Shown: in pieces, positions 44,033 through 56,150 of the stretch
Layout of the letters: each line of letters starts with the position of its first letter
Numbering within the stretch: the first letter of the stretch is position 1
Assembly: GCF_058153355.1 (NCBI RefSeq)
Contig: NZ_CM177019.1
Reading direction: 5' to 3' (one strand)
DNA: 64,000 bases
Program-made: the position numbers and the translations under genes
Notes under the pieces: generated by a model
The model's database searches: none
What the model was told of the DNA's origin: nothing
Seen by the model: only the letters and a program-made list of their open reading frames with translations

Positions 44033-46248
44033 ATGAGTGGATCTTTTGATTTCTTAGCTGGTTCTTTGGCTCTTGAAAATAAACCTTTCCATATGCAGGT
44101 TGCAGAGCTAATAAAAAATAAGTTTCGTCATTGTGAGGGATATATTGGCTATAAGCTTGCAACTTTGGGACGGGCATCGGACTCCGATGTTCCAGATTTT
44201 ATCATTATACAAAAGAACATGGCATAATTTTAGTTGACATGGTTGAAAGTAAGGTTTCTCGTGCGGATGAGGTGCAGGGGAATGAGGTTTGGTATTATGA
44301 GCATGGAGGTTCGAGTGTAGCAAGGAATTTTATTGTCGAGTTGTATGAGGAGGAGGTAAGAAGTAGATTAAAAAACGATGCAAATTTCTACAACAGAAGA
44401 AAAAAAACATGCACAGTTCCGATTACTAGCGCTGTTATTTTTTGTAAAAATAATAATAGTGAGATAGACAATTTCTATCAAGAGTATGCTGATTATGAAA
44501 GTTCAGCTATTGAATATGGCGAGATTGAGAATTGGTTAGATAGCGTTGAAGAAGGGTTCAATTGCGATTCTAAAGTTCTGGGGCGAATTTTTTCATTGTT
44601 AGAGGGGACGTTTATATATGAAAATAAAAAAATTCTCGATGAAGAACCACCCCTTAACACTGTGAATGATTATATCAAAAAATCTCTAAATATAACATTT
44701 AATCAAGATCACTCACAACGTATTGCTTCAATGCAACTAACCCCGGGCCCTCAGAGAATTCGTGGCTTGGCCGGAACAGGTAAGACGATAGTTCTTTCAT
44801 TAAAAGCTGCGATAACGCACAAAAAATTTCCAGATTATAAAATATTATATTTATTTAATACACAAAGCTTATATCAAAATGTGCAGAGTTCAATCGCCAG
44901 ATACTATACTTTAGAAGCCAAAAAAGCGCCAGATTTTGAATCGAATCTAAATGTCTTCCATGCGTGGGGTGGTAGGCAGAAACCGGGACTGTATTCATAT
45001 ATTTGCCAACAGTATGGATTAACTCCACTAACATTAGGAGATGTACGTGGAGCAAGTGATGCCTTAGCTGTCATATATGCAGAACTTCTCAAAAAAATCG
45101 GTGGTGATATAAAGCCTGAATATGATCTTATTTTAATAGATGAAGCCCAAGATTTTCCTAAAGAGTTGTTTGAAGTGGTCTTTAAACTAGCAAAGGGCAA
45201 ACCTCATGAGAAAAGGATCGTTTGGGCGTATGATGAATTCCAGTCATTGAAAGACACTCAAATTAAAGGTCCATCTGAGCTATTTGGTTTGGCCAAAGAT
45301 GGCACCCCAAATATGAGTGATGATGTTTTAGATGGATTCTATCCTGGTGACATAAAAAAAGATATTGTTTTATCCAATTGCTATAGGACTCCTCGTCCTG
45401 CTCTTATGACTGCTCACGGAGTAGCATTAGGACTTTATACTAATAAGCCGAATGAAATGTTTTATAACCATGATGAATGGAAAGCTATTGGCTATAAAGT
45501 TTTAAATCCTCAGACAAAAATCATTGCAAAAGGCAATGATGTGCAAATAGAGAGACCTAATGAAAATAGTCTAAATCTGTTGGAAGGAATTATGACAGAG
45601 CAGGGTAAGAGGGCCCTTAACCTTATCCAGACTAAGGTGGAAAATGATCGGGAAAGTCAATATGAATATATTGCAAGTAACATCAAACGTTTAATTGATG
45701 AGGAAAATGTCTCGCCTGAAGAAATAGTCATAATTAATTTGAAGTCCTCTAGTAACAAAGATGAGATGCTACGCATTCAATTCATCTTAAATAATTACGG
45801 TATTCACTCTGTAATTCCCGGTTACGTTGAAAGCTCAGATGTCTTTAAACCCAAGGGGTTCGTTACAATCACAACCCCTTTCAGGGCTAAAGGGAATGAA
45901 GCTAATATTGTATTTATTTTAAATAGCCAGTTAGTTGTTAATGATTTTTCATTAAGGATGCGTAATGCATTTTTTGTAGCAGTAACTCGAACAAGAGGAT
46001 GGTGTTATATTGTTGGTTATGGAGAAAAAATGCAAATGCTTGTGGACGAAATTTCAGGAATCAAAAGAGATTTCCCTATATTTAATTTCATTTGTCCTGA
46101 CCCTGATGATGTCAAAGCACGAAAAAGTTATCTCCACAAATCAGACTCTGAGATCAATGAGATGCAAAGAGTACTGGATTTAGTTAATAATAACGAAGAG
46201 TTAAGACGACTGCTACAGGAGCAGCTCATTGATAAGAAAGGAGATTAA
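44033..46248 (+). CDS. PD-(D/E)xK/NERD-like nuclease fused to SF1 (UvrD-like) helicase, apparently frameshifted (Nhi-like candidate)
   Basis: Track ORFs 44033-44227 (64 aa) and 44239-46248 (669 aa) join by a 1-nt shift in an A4 run at 44211-44214; helicase motifs GLAGTGKT, LILIDEAQDF, NCYRTPRP, TPFRAKGNEANIVFIL, VAVTRTRGW; N-terminal D...ExK (PDFIII...VDMVESK). Confidence 0.65.
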
Positions 46249-46250
46249 AA

Positions 46251-46922
46251 TTGAATTTCTCATTAGTGCAGCAAAGCTTAAACCATGTCGAAGCACTTTT
46301 AAAACCTGTAACTCAACAAAAATTAATAGAGTTTAAAGAAAGAGAGAAGGTCATAAGTTGGACAAATAGGAAGCCAGGAATTTACAATGAAGTCTACTAT
46401 CCTATTGAATATCAATGTGTAATTGATGCAAGGCAGTACTCATTATTGCTTCGAGATGGCGATTTTTTTCAATTTTTTTATGAGTTTGATGCGAAAACTG
46501 GCAATCTGAAGAAAGCTAAGTTGGCTTTCTATCCCTCACCAATTGATTGTAGAAATTCGTTGGATGATCTCAATGAAGCAGCTGAATTTGCTTTTGATCA
46601 TAATGAAGAACTCTATAATCATCTTGATAATTGGATTTCGCTATTGGAAATAAAAAACTATTTTCCAGCAAATACATCTCAAGTTAGATTTGATTATGAT
46701 AGTACGGTTACTACACATGAGAAAGCACATCTGCAGTTTAGTAGTGTAAATAAACTTAGACTTCCGGCTGACTTTTTTCCTTTGCCATATGCATTTGTAT
46801 TAATGGTTTCTGATCTTATTAATGGATGCTCAAAGGTAGATGCTAGACATATAAGCTTTACTAAGAGAAACAGCCTAAGATCAAATGTTTCTAATAGAAT
46901 CATAACCTTGAAATCACAGTGA
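46251..46922 (+). CDS. Hypothetical protein, translationally coupled partner of the nuclease-helicase
   Basis: 223-aa ORF with TTG start 3 nt after the upstream stop; RBS AAAGGAG at 46238-46244. Confidence 0.5.
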   Translation: MNFSLVQQSLNHVEALLKPVTQQKLIEFKEREKVISWTNRKPGIYNEVYYPIEYQCVIDARQYSLLLRDGDFFQFFYEFDAKTGNLKKAKLAFYPSPIDCRNSLDDLNEAAEFAFDHNEELYNHLDNWISLLEIKNYFPANTSQVRFDYDSTVTTHEKAHLQFSSVNKLRLPADFFPLPYAFVLMVSDLINGCSKVDARHISFTKRNSLRSNVSNRIITLKSQ

Positions 46923-46925
46923 ATT

Positions 46926-46961
46926 AACAAGCCTCTTTTATAAGGATATAAGAGGCTTGTT
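46926..46961 (+). terminator. Rho-independent terminator-like hairpin after the two-gene module
   Basis: AACAAGCCTCTT / AAGAGGCTTGTT 12-bp stem followed by ATTATTT. Confidence 0.5.
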
Positions 46962-47372
46962 ATTATTTCGCTAAATCTGATCACTGTCGAGAATTGATTG
47001 ATTTTTTGTGATTATTTATTCCATTCTGAGTTCATTGCCGATTTTATATGTATGTATTTTGTATCGGCTTATCTTGGCTTATTAAGTCTAGCATCACACA
47101 ATGCTTTTCAGGAAATCATCTTACCTATTAACCATATTATTACCGGCCCAACATTTCTCGCATTTACAGCTGGTAGCTCCTGTGTGTAAACGCTATTAAT
47201 CTCATACTCATTGGTTTAATATTAACTTTGAACTTCTGGAGTGCAGATCACCAATCCTAATATTACTACTAAATAGCTGCGCCTAATAACGCGACACCCG
47301 CCGTTTACTGTCTGGTGGCTTAACCTGCAAGGGCTGGCTGAAAGTGGGACACTATTCCGCGCAGCTATTTAG

Positions 47373-48614
47373 TCACCCAACTAGCTTCATTCCTTTTATC
47401 CCACCTTCAATCATGCTTCCACGATCCGCTGCCATCACAAAATTTGCCCACCATTGCATCATCGGGCGACGCTGTTCCAGGTAATCGCTGCGGTTATAAG
47501 CACGACGAACCTCATTCTTATCCACATGGGCCAATGCTGCCTCAATGACATCAGGCGGAAAGCCTTGTTCATTAAGAGCCGTACTGGCAATTGATCTCAG
47601 ACCATGCGAAACAAGCACACCACCAAAACCTGCGCGTTTTAGTGAGGCGTTAACAGTCTGACTGTTCATTGGCTGGTTGGGCTTGATACGGCTGGGAAAG
47701 ATAAATTCTCGGTTGCCGCTTAGCGGTTTCATCATCTCCAGCACAGCTATTGCTTCATCTGACAATGGAACAGTATGATCGCGGTTCATTTTCATGCGTG
47801 CTGCAGGAATCTTCCACTCTCGCGCTTCTATGTCTACCTCTTCCCAGCGAGCTTCAGCCGCTTCGGCAGGGCGGGTAATAGTAAGAAGTTGCCACATGAA
47901 CAGGCAGCGTGTGGAAAGGCTAATGCTGGCTGTTCGCATTGTCTGCATCAATTGAGGTAGCTGATCCGGTCGAATGCTGGGCATGTTCTTTTTCTGAGGC
48001 TTCTCGAAGGCTTTACCGATATTAACGCTGGGAACAGCATCAATCAGCCCTGTGTTTTGGGCATAGATCATGACCTCATTAATGCGCTGACACAGGCGAC
48101 GAACGGTTTCCAGTGCTCCTCTGGCCTGAACTGGTTGGACGGCCTGAACCAGTGTGTGTGCTTTAATATCTGTAACGCTAATGTCGCCAATTGCAGGAAA
48201 GACATCTCTCTCAAGAGAGCGCCAGATATCCTCTGCGTAGTCTTCGGTCACACTGGCTTTCTTCACATTCCACCAACGTTCAGCCACGAGCTGGAAAGTA
48301 TTGGTTTTAGCTTCCAGCGAACTGCGAAGTTGTTCTTGTTGATGTTCCTGGGGATCAATTTGTTTCGCCAGAAGAGAGCGGGACTCTGCCCGATAGTTTC
48401 GGGCATCGGCAAGGGTAACTGACGGGTAGGGGCCTATGCTCTTCTTCGCACGTTTCTTAGTGACAGGGCGAATGTAGCGAAACTGCCAGATTTTACTTCC
48501 GCTGGATTTGATGAGTAGCTCAAGGCCATCACCATCATAGAGAACGTAGTCCGCTTCTTTGGGTTTGGCGGATTCGATTTCTTTAACGGATAGAGGTTTG
48601 GTTTGTCTTGCCAT
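47373..48614 (-). CDS. intA: P4-type tyrosine integrase (IntA/SlpA family)
   Basis: 413-aa ORF MARQTKPLSVKEIESAKPKEADYVLYDGDGLELLIKSSGSKIWQFRY...; C-terminal catalytic region; adjacent to ssrA. Confidence 0.9.
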   Translation of the reverse strand: MARQTKPLSVKEIESAKPKEADYVLYDGDGLELLIKSSGSKIWQFRYIRPVTKKRAKKSIGPYPSVTLADARNYRAESRSLLAKQIDPQEHQQEQLRSSLEAKTNTFQLVAERWWNVKKASVTEDYAEDIWRSLERDVFPAIGDISVTDIKAHTLVQAVQPVQARGALETVRRLCQRINEVMIYAQNTGLIDAVPSVNIGKAFEKPQKKNMPSIRPDQLPQLMQTMRTASISLSTRCLFMWQLLTITRPAEAAEARWEEVDIEAREWKIPAARMKMNRDHTVPLSDEAIAVLEMMKPLSGNREFIFPSRIKPNQPMNSQTVNASLKRAGFGGVLVSHGLRSIASTALNEQGFPPDVIEAALAHVDKNEVRRAYNRSDYLEQRRPMMQWWANFVMAADRGSMIEGGIKGMKLVG

Positions 48615-48818
48615 TGCCGGGTTTCCATAGTTTTAGGCACCTCAAAAACAATAAAGCTTTATGAGGTGCCTAACAAGGTGCCTAAAAGGTTCGGATTTAA
48701 TTAGTTCTCTTCGGACTTCGCGGGACAAATTGAGGGCACAAAAAAGCCCGCAGGGCTTGCGCCGTGCGGACTCTTAGGACTTCATCGGATGACTCTGGTA
48801 ATCACCGATGGAGAATTT

Positions 48819-49181
48819 TGGTGGAGCTGGCGGGAGTTGAACCCGCGTCCGAAATTCCTACATCCTCGGTACTACATGCTTAGTCAGTCTTTACATTCGC
48901 TTGCCAGCTGCGGACGGACACGCCACTAACAAACTAGCCTGATTAAGTTTTAACGCTTCAACCCCAGGCAGGGCTTCCACGCGATCTCTTTTGGGTTTGA
49001 CCTCTCTTGATCCCCGTCCTAAGAGCGGAGGCTAGGGAGAGAGGGCTCTAAGCAGGTTATTAAGCTGCTAAAGCGTAGTTTTCGTCGTTTGCGACTATTT
49101 TTTGCGGCTTTTTACGAGGCCAACCGCCCCTCGGCATGCACCTTGGGTTTCGCAAATCCCGTCGAATCCAGAATCAGCCCC
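48819..49181 (-). ncRNA. ssrA: tmRNA (SsrA)
   Basis: Reverse complement reads GGGGCTGATTCTGGATTCGACGGGATTTGCG...GTTCAACTCCCGCCAGCTCCACCA (363 nt), with the tag-peptide reading frame region. Confidence 0.95.
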
Positions 49182-49395
49182 AATGTGTAACGGTAAGTAT
49201 ACCAGATTCATGAGTGCCATGACCAGCATCAATGGCGTTATCGTTAAAGATTTAGCACCCATGTAGCCTGATTTTTATTCGATTAAGCAATGGGATGGCA
49301 ACATTTGTGCCGGATGTGATAGCCAATAAGATGTTCATTCGCGCCGCCGGAGAGGGGGGCGCGGTGAGGAACTGGTCAATAATTGGAGTGCAGAT

Positions 49396-49878
49396 TTAAC
49401 GGTGCGCGTTTTTCATGATACGCGCTTTATCCACCTGCCATTCGCGTTCTTTGATGTCTGAACGTTTATCGTGCTGTTTCTTACCTTTAGCGACGCCGAT
49501 TTTCACTTTGCACCAGGCATTTTTCCAGTACAGGGAGAGCGCCACTACGGTATAGCCTTCTCGATTGACGCGACCGTACAATGAGTCCAGTTCGCGCTGG
49601 TTGAGAAGTAACTTGCGGGTACGGGTAGGATCGCACACCACATGCGTGGATGCCACAGCCATTGGCGTGATGTTAGCGCCAAACAGAAATGCTTCTCCAT
49701 CACGTAGAAGGACGTAGCTGTCGCTGATATTGGCTTTTCCTGCGCGCAGGGATTTAACCTCCCAGCCTTGCAGGGCAAGTCCCGCTTCGAACTCTTCTTC
49801 GATAAAGTATTCGTGACGGGCGCGCTTGTTAAGCGCGATGGTCGCTGAACCAGGTTTATGTGCTTTTTTCTTCGTCAT
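49396..49878 (-). CDS. smpB: SsrA-binding protein SmpB
   Basis: 160-aa [51 protein letters not shown]... Confidence 0.95.
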
Positions 49879-50009
49879 AAGCGTCGTGAATCATCGGTAA
49901 TCTGAAATCGAAAACACCCCATATCAATCCTGCGGGGGACAAGGCTCTATCTTAGCATGAACCCGATGTTACCCAGCGCCGGGATAGCGTTTTTTTTACA
50001 GCAGGATAA

Positions 50010-50486
50010 ATGATATTATTTGTTGGATTTTTGTTGATGGAAATTGTTATGCCTCAGATTAGCCGGACCGCACTGGTACCCTACAGCGCGGAGCAAATGT
50101 ATCAGTTAGTGAATGACGTTCAGTCTTATCCTCAGTTTTTGCCGGGTTGTACCGGAAGTCGGATTCTGGAGTCCACCCCTGGGCAGATGACCGCGGCGGT
50201 AGATGTCTCTAAGGCTGGGATCAGCAAAACGTTTACTACCCGCAACCAGTTGACCAGTAACCAAAGTATTCTTATGAATCTGGTGGATGGGCCGTTCAAG
50301 AAATTGATCGGTGGATGGAAGTTTACGCCGCTGAGCCAGGAGGCGTGTCGTATCGAGTTTCATCTCGACTTTGAGTTTACCAATAAGTTGATTGAACTCG
50401 CCTTTGGCCGCGTGTTTAAAGAGCTGGCGGCTAATATGGTCCAGGCTTTTACGGTTCGTGCGAAAGAGGTTTACAGTGCCAGGTAA
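50010..50486 (+). CDS. ratA: Ribosome association toxin RatA (YfjG, polyketide cyclase/SRPBCC fold)
   Basis: 158-aa ORF; K-12 synteny after smpB. Confidence 0.8.
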   Translation: MILFVGFLLMEIVMPQISRTALVPYSAEQMYQLVNDVQSYPQFLPGCTGSRILESTPGQMTAAVDVSKAGISKTFTTRNQLTSNQSILMNLVDGPFKKLIGGWKFTPLSQEACRIEFHLDFEFTNKLIELAFGRVFKELAANMVQAFTVRAKEVYSAR

Positions 50487-50766
50487 AATTGCCGTTGAGG
50501 TGGCTTATGCTCTACCTGAGAAGCAGTACCTGCAGCGCGTGACGCTGCAGGAGGGCGCGACGGTTGAAGAAGCTATTCGCACCAGTGGCTTGCTGGAATT
50601 GCGTACCGATATCGATTTAACTAAAAACAAAGTCGGCATTTACAGCCGTCCGGCAAAACTGAGCGATACCGTGCATGATGGCGATCGGGTGGAGATTTAT
50701 CGTCCTCTCATTGCCGATCCGAAAGAGCTTCGCAGGCAACGAGCAGAAAAATCAGCGAATAAATAA
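50476..50766 (+). CDS. ratB: RatB (YfjF, UPF0125)
   Basis: 96-aa ORF (V/M)[26 protein letters not shown]... from GTG overlapping the ratA stop. Confidence 0.8.
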   Translation: MPGKIAVEVAYALPEKQYLQRVTLQEGATVEEAIRTSGLLELRTDIDLTKNKVGIYSRPAKLSDTVHDGDRVEIYRPLIADPKELRRQRAEKSANK

Positions 50767-50792
50767 CAGACAGAAAAAGGTGCTCATTGAGC

Positions 50793-52218
50793 TAATGCCG
50801 ATCAGTTAAGGATCAGTTGACCGATCCAGTGGCTGTGTAAGAATCCGGAAACGCTCACTTGTTTCCGGATTTTTTTATGCACATTGGACAGGCTCTTGAT
50901 CTGGTATCCCGTTACGATTCTCTGCGTAACCCACTGACTTCTCTGGGGGATTACCTCGACCCCGAACTCATCTCTCGTTGCCTTGCCGAATCAGGTACTG
51001 TAACGCTACGCAAGCGCCGTCTTCCCCTCGAAATGATGGTCTGGTGTATTGTTGGCATGGCGCTTGAGCGTAAAGAACCTCTTCACCAGATTGTGAATCG
51101 CCTGGACATCATGCTGCCGGGCAATCGCCCCTTCGTTGCCCCCAGTGCCGTTATTCAGGCCCGCCAGCGCCTGGGAAGTGAGGCTGTCCGCCGCGTGTTC
51201 ACGAAAACAGCGCAGCTCTGGCATAACGCCACGCCGCATCCGCACTGGTGCGGCCTGACCCTGCTGGCCATCGATGGTGTGTTCTGGCGCACACCGGATA
51301 CACCAGAGAACGATGCAGCCTTCCCCCGCCAGACACATGCCGGGAACCCGGCGCTCTACCCGCAGGTCAAAATGGTCTGCCAGATGGAACTGACCAGCCA
51401 TCTGCTGACGGCTGCAGCCTTCGGCACGATGAAGAACAGCGAAAATGAGCTTGCTGAGCAACTTATAGAACAAACCGGCGATAACACTCTGACGTTAATG
51501 GATAAAGGTTATTACTCACTGGGACTGTTAAATGCCTGGAGCCTGGCGGGAGAACACCGCCACTGGATGATACCTCTCAGAAAGGGAGCGCAATATGAAG
51601 AGATCAGAAAACTGGGTAAAGGCGATCATCTGGTGAAGCTGAAAACCAGCCCGCAGGCACGAAAAAAGTGGCCGGGACTGGGAAATGAAGTGACAGCCCG
51701 CCTGCTGACCGTGACGCGCAAAGGAAAAGTCTGCCATCTGCTGACGTCGATGACGGACGCCATGCGCTTCCCCGGAGGAGAAATGGCGGATCTGTACAGT
51801 CATCGCTGGGAAATCGAACTGGGATACAGGGAGATAAAACAGACGATGCAACTGAGCAGGCTGACGCTGAGAAGTAAAAAGCCGGAGCTTGTGGAGCAAG
51901 AGCTGTGGGGTGTCTTACTGGCTTATAATCTGGTGAGATATCAGATGATTAAAATGGCGGAACATCTGAAAGGTTACTGGCCGAATCAACTGAGTTTCTC
52001 AGAATCATGCGGAATGGTGATGAGAATGCTGATGACATTGCAGGGCGCTTCACCGGGACGTATACCGGAGCTGATGCGCGATCTTGCAAGTATGGGACAA
52101 CTTGTGAAATTACCGACAGGAAGGGAAAGGGCCTTCCCGAGAGTGGTAAAGGAGAGGCCCTGGAAATACCCCACAGCCCCGAAAAAGAGCCAGTCAGTTG
52201 CTTAACTGACTGGCATTA
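50793..52218 (+). mobile_element. IS4 (1426 bp) with 11-bp TSD GCTCATTGAGC
   Basis: Ends TAATGCCGATCAGTTAAGG... and ...CTTAACTGACTGGCATTA; TSD at 50782-50792 and 52219-52229; length matches IS4. Confidence 0.9.
50877..52205 (+). CDS. IS4 transposase
   Basis: 442-aa [34 protein letters not shown]... (start at Met7 of the track ORF). Confidence 0.9.
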   Translation: MHIGQALDLVSRYDSLRNPLTSLGDYLDPELISRCLAESGTVTLRKRRLPLEMMVWCIVGMALERKEPLHQIVNRLDIMLPGNRPFVAPSAVIQARQRLGSEAVRRVFTKTAQLWHNATPHPHWCGLTLLAIDGVFWRTPDTPENDAAFPRQTHAGNPALYPQVKMVCQMELTSHLLTAAAFGTMKNSENELAEQLIEQTGDNTLTLMDKGYYSLGLLNAWSLAGEHRHWMIPLRKGAQYEEIRKLGKGDHLVKLKTSPQARKKWPGLGNEVTARLLTVTRKGKVCHLLTSMTDAMRFPGGEMADLYSHRWEIELGYREIKQTMQLSRLTLRSKKPELVEQELWGVLLAYNLVRYQMIKMAEHLKGYWPNQLSFSESCGMVMRMLMTLQGASPGRIPELMRDLASMGQLVKLPTGRERAFPRVVKERPWKYPTAPKKSQSVA

Positions 52219-52263
52219 GCTCATTGAGCACCTTTTTTAACGTCTTTGAGAGCAACTTTATTA

Positions 52264-52605
52264 TTAGTTACCACTCAGCGCAGGTTTGTTATCAATGTTG
52301 GTCAACACCCCGCTACTGTTAAAGGTCAGCGTCAGCGTTTGCTGCGTTACACCTTCATGACCTGGTTGCTGGCGGAAGACATAGAACCAGGTATTCGTAC
52401 CAAATGGATCGGACATCAGCGGTGTACCCAATGCGTACGCAACTTGTTGTTGCGTCATGCCAACACGTATTTTGGATACGTCGTTAGCGGTCAGATAGTT
52501 CCCCTGGTTGATGTCAGGACGGTAAACCACTCGCTCCAGAGTGGAACAGCCTGCGGTCAACATCAATAGTACTGCTGCTGCAGCAGTCAGCGTTTTACAG
52601 CGCAT
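52264..52605 (-). CDS. bamE: Outer membrane protein assembly factor BamE (SmpA)
   Basis: 113-aa lipoprotein [41 protein letters not shown]... Confidence 0.9.
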
Positions 52606-52753
52606 AGTGATTTGATTCCTTTTCGGGCCCGAGCAGTACGTGGCTCATCTGTAATATGCCGATGATAATAGACCTTTCATCACTTTAAAACCTTTTGCTT
52701 TCCGGTCTTACGGCGTTTTGCTGTTTACTCTGACCGTGAAGCAGGAAAAAAGT

Positions 52754-54415
52754 TTACGCCGCAAGCAGTTCTTTCGCATTCGCCAGTGTGTTACGTGTGA
52801 CTTCACTGCCACCAAGCAGGCGCGCCAACTCTTGTAACCGCGCTTTTTTATCCAGGGATTGCATATGCGTTTCTGTCATCGCACCATCGGTTTCTTTGCT
52901 GACAAAATAGTGTTGATGACCACATCCCGCGACTTGTGGCAGGTGGGTAACACACATCACCTGAGTTGATTCGCCAAGTTGACGTAGCAGTTTGCCGACA
53001 ACTGCCGCTGTTGGGCCGCTAATCCCTACATCCACTTCATCAAAAATCAGTGCCGGGGTTTCCATTTTACGCGCGGTAATGACCTGGATTGCCAATGCGA
53101 TGCGGGACAACTCACCACCGGATGCGACTTTGGCAATAGGCTGCATTGGCTGACCTGGGTTGGTGGTTACCCGAAACTCAATACGATCAGCGCCGTCAGC
53201 GCCCAGGTGATGCTCGTCAAATTTAACATCGATCGTAAACTGCCCATGTGGCATAGAGAGTGCATGCATACTATCGGTGATCAGCTGTGCTAACTCATTT
53301 GCATAATGCTGGCGTTGCTGGTGTAACGCGCGCGCCGTTTCCAGTGCCTGCTGATGATGTTTCGTTACCGCCAGCGCGAGCGTTTCTTGTGAGTCGGCCT
53401 GATCGTCCAGTTGCTGCTGTTCTTCCAGTAGCGACTGGTAATACTGTGGCAATGCCTCAGGGCTGACGTGATGTTTACGTGCCAGCGAAATCTGTTTTGA
53501 GATACGCTGTTCAAGTTCAAACAGTCGGTTGGGATCGAGATCCAGACGATCGCAGTAGTGGCGCAGTTCGTCGCTGGCTTCAGCAATCTGGATGGTAGCT
53601 TCTTCCAGCATATCAAGTACGCCGGACAGTTTGCTGTCCATGCCAATCAATTCGCTCACCAGTTGTTTAGCCGTGTAAAGCTGACTTTGCAGGTTTGCGT
53701 CTTCACCGTCGGCCATTAATGCCAATGCATTCTGGCTGGTGGTCAGCAATTGACCGCTGTTCGCCAGACGTTTGTACTCTTCGTCGATTTGCTCAAACTC
53801 TCCGGGCTGAGGATTAAATTCGTTAAGTTCTTTTAATTGGTATTGCAGCAGCTCCGCACGAGCGGCGCGTTCCTGACTTAACTGTTGATGATGCGCGAGG
53901 TCGCGGCAGCTTTGATGCCACAACTGATAACGTGCGGTCATTTCCTGAAGCAGAGAGGTTTCATTAGCATAGCCATCAAGCAGGAATTTTTGGTGCTCGG
54001 GTTTGGTGAGTAATTGATGGGCGTGCTGACCATGGATCTGAATGAGCAACTGGCCCAGTTCGCGCAGTTGTGACAGTGGAACAGCTGTACCGTTGATAAA
54101 ACCACGAGAGCGACCATCGCTACTGATTACGCGACGAAGCAGGCATTCACGGCCATCTTCCAGTTGGTTTTCTTCCAGCCAGCGCAGTGCTGCGGGTGTA
54201 TCTTTCAGAGAAAAACGGGCGCACAGATCTGCGCGAGCAGCGCCGGTACGCACCATGTCGGCTTCAGCGCGACCGCCGAGACAAAGGCCCAGGGCATCTA
54301 TTGCAATAGATTTACCCGCGCCAGTCTCGCCGGTGATTACGGTCATGCCGCTGTGAAAATCAATCTCAAGCTCACGAACGATAGCAAAGTTGCTGATGGT
54401 CAGTTGTGCCAACAT
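52754..54415 (-). CDS. recN: DNA repair protein RecN
   Basis: 553-aa SMC-like ORF with Walker A GETGAGKS. Confidence 0.95.
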   Translation of the reverse strand: MLAQLTISNFAIVRELEIDFHSGMTVITGETGAGKSIAIDALGLCLGGRAEADMVRTGAARADLCARFSLKDTPAALRWLEENQLEDGRECLLRRVISSDGRSRGFINGTAVPLSQLRELGQLLIQIHGQHAHQLLTKPEHQKFLLDGYANETSLLQEMTARYQLWHQSCRDLAHHQQLSQERAARAELLQYQLKELNEFNPQPGEFEQIDEEYKRLANSGQLLTTSQNALALMADGEDANLQSQLYTAKQLVSELIGMDSKLSGVLDMLEEATIQIAEASDELRHYCDRLDLDPNRLFELEQRISKQISLARKHHVSPEALPQYYQSLLEEQQQLDDQADSQETLALAVTKHHQQALETARALHQQRQHYANELAQLITDSMHALSMPHGQFTIDVKFDEHHLGADGADRIEFRVTTNPGQPMQPIAKVASGGELSRIALAIQVITARKMETPALIFDEVDVGISGPTAAVVGKLLRQLGESTQVMCVTHLPQVAGCGHQHYFVSKETDGAMTETHMQSLDKKARLQELARLLGGSEVTRNTLANAKELLAA

Positions 54416-54441
54416 AGTTGTTTTCCTGTATGAAAAACCAT

Positions 54442-54483
54442 TACTGTTATTGCGTACAGTATAAACTGGTTTTATATACAGTA
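54442..54483. promoter_or_regulatory. Two LexA (SOS) boxes upstream of recN
   Basis: TACTGTtattgcgtACAGTA (54442-54461) and aaCTGGttttatatACAGta (54464-54483) fit CTGT-N8-ACAG. Confidence 0.7.
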
Positions 54484-54500
54484 AAGAGGCTGGCGTAAAA

Positions 54501-56096
<1,596 letters not shown>

Positions 56097-56150
56097 TTTC
56101 TGTTTTCGTCATAAGTCACGGCCCTGCATGCGAATGCCGGGCCGTTTTCG

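Larger units (their letters stand above)
25574..48840. mobile_element. CP4-57-like integrative element at ssrA (P4-type integrase, TA modules, defense-like cargo)
   Basis: Integrase start lies next to the ssrA 3' end (attL side); degenerate copy of the ssrA 3' end GCTGGCGGAGTTTGAA at 25574-25590 (attR-like); GGTGCCTA repeats inside both ends; cargo genes homologous to CP4-57/CP4-6 families. Confidence 0.6.
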
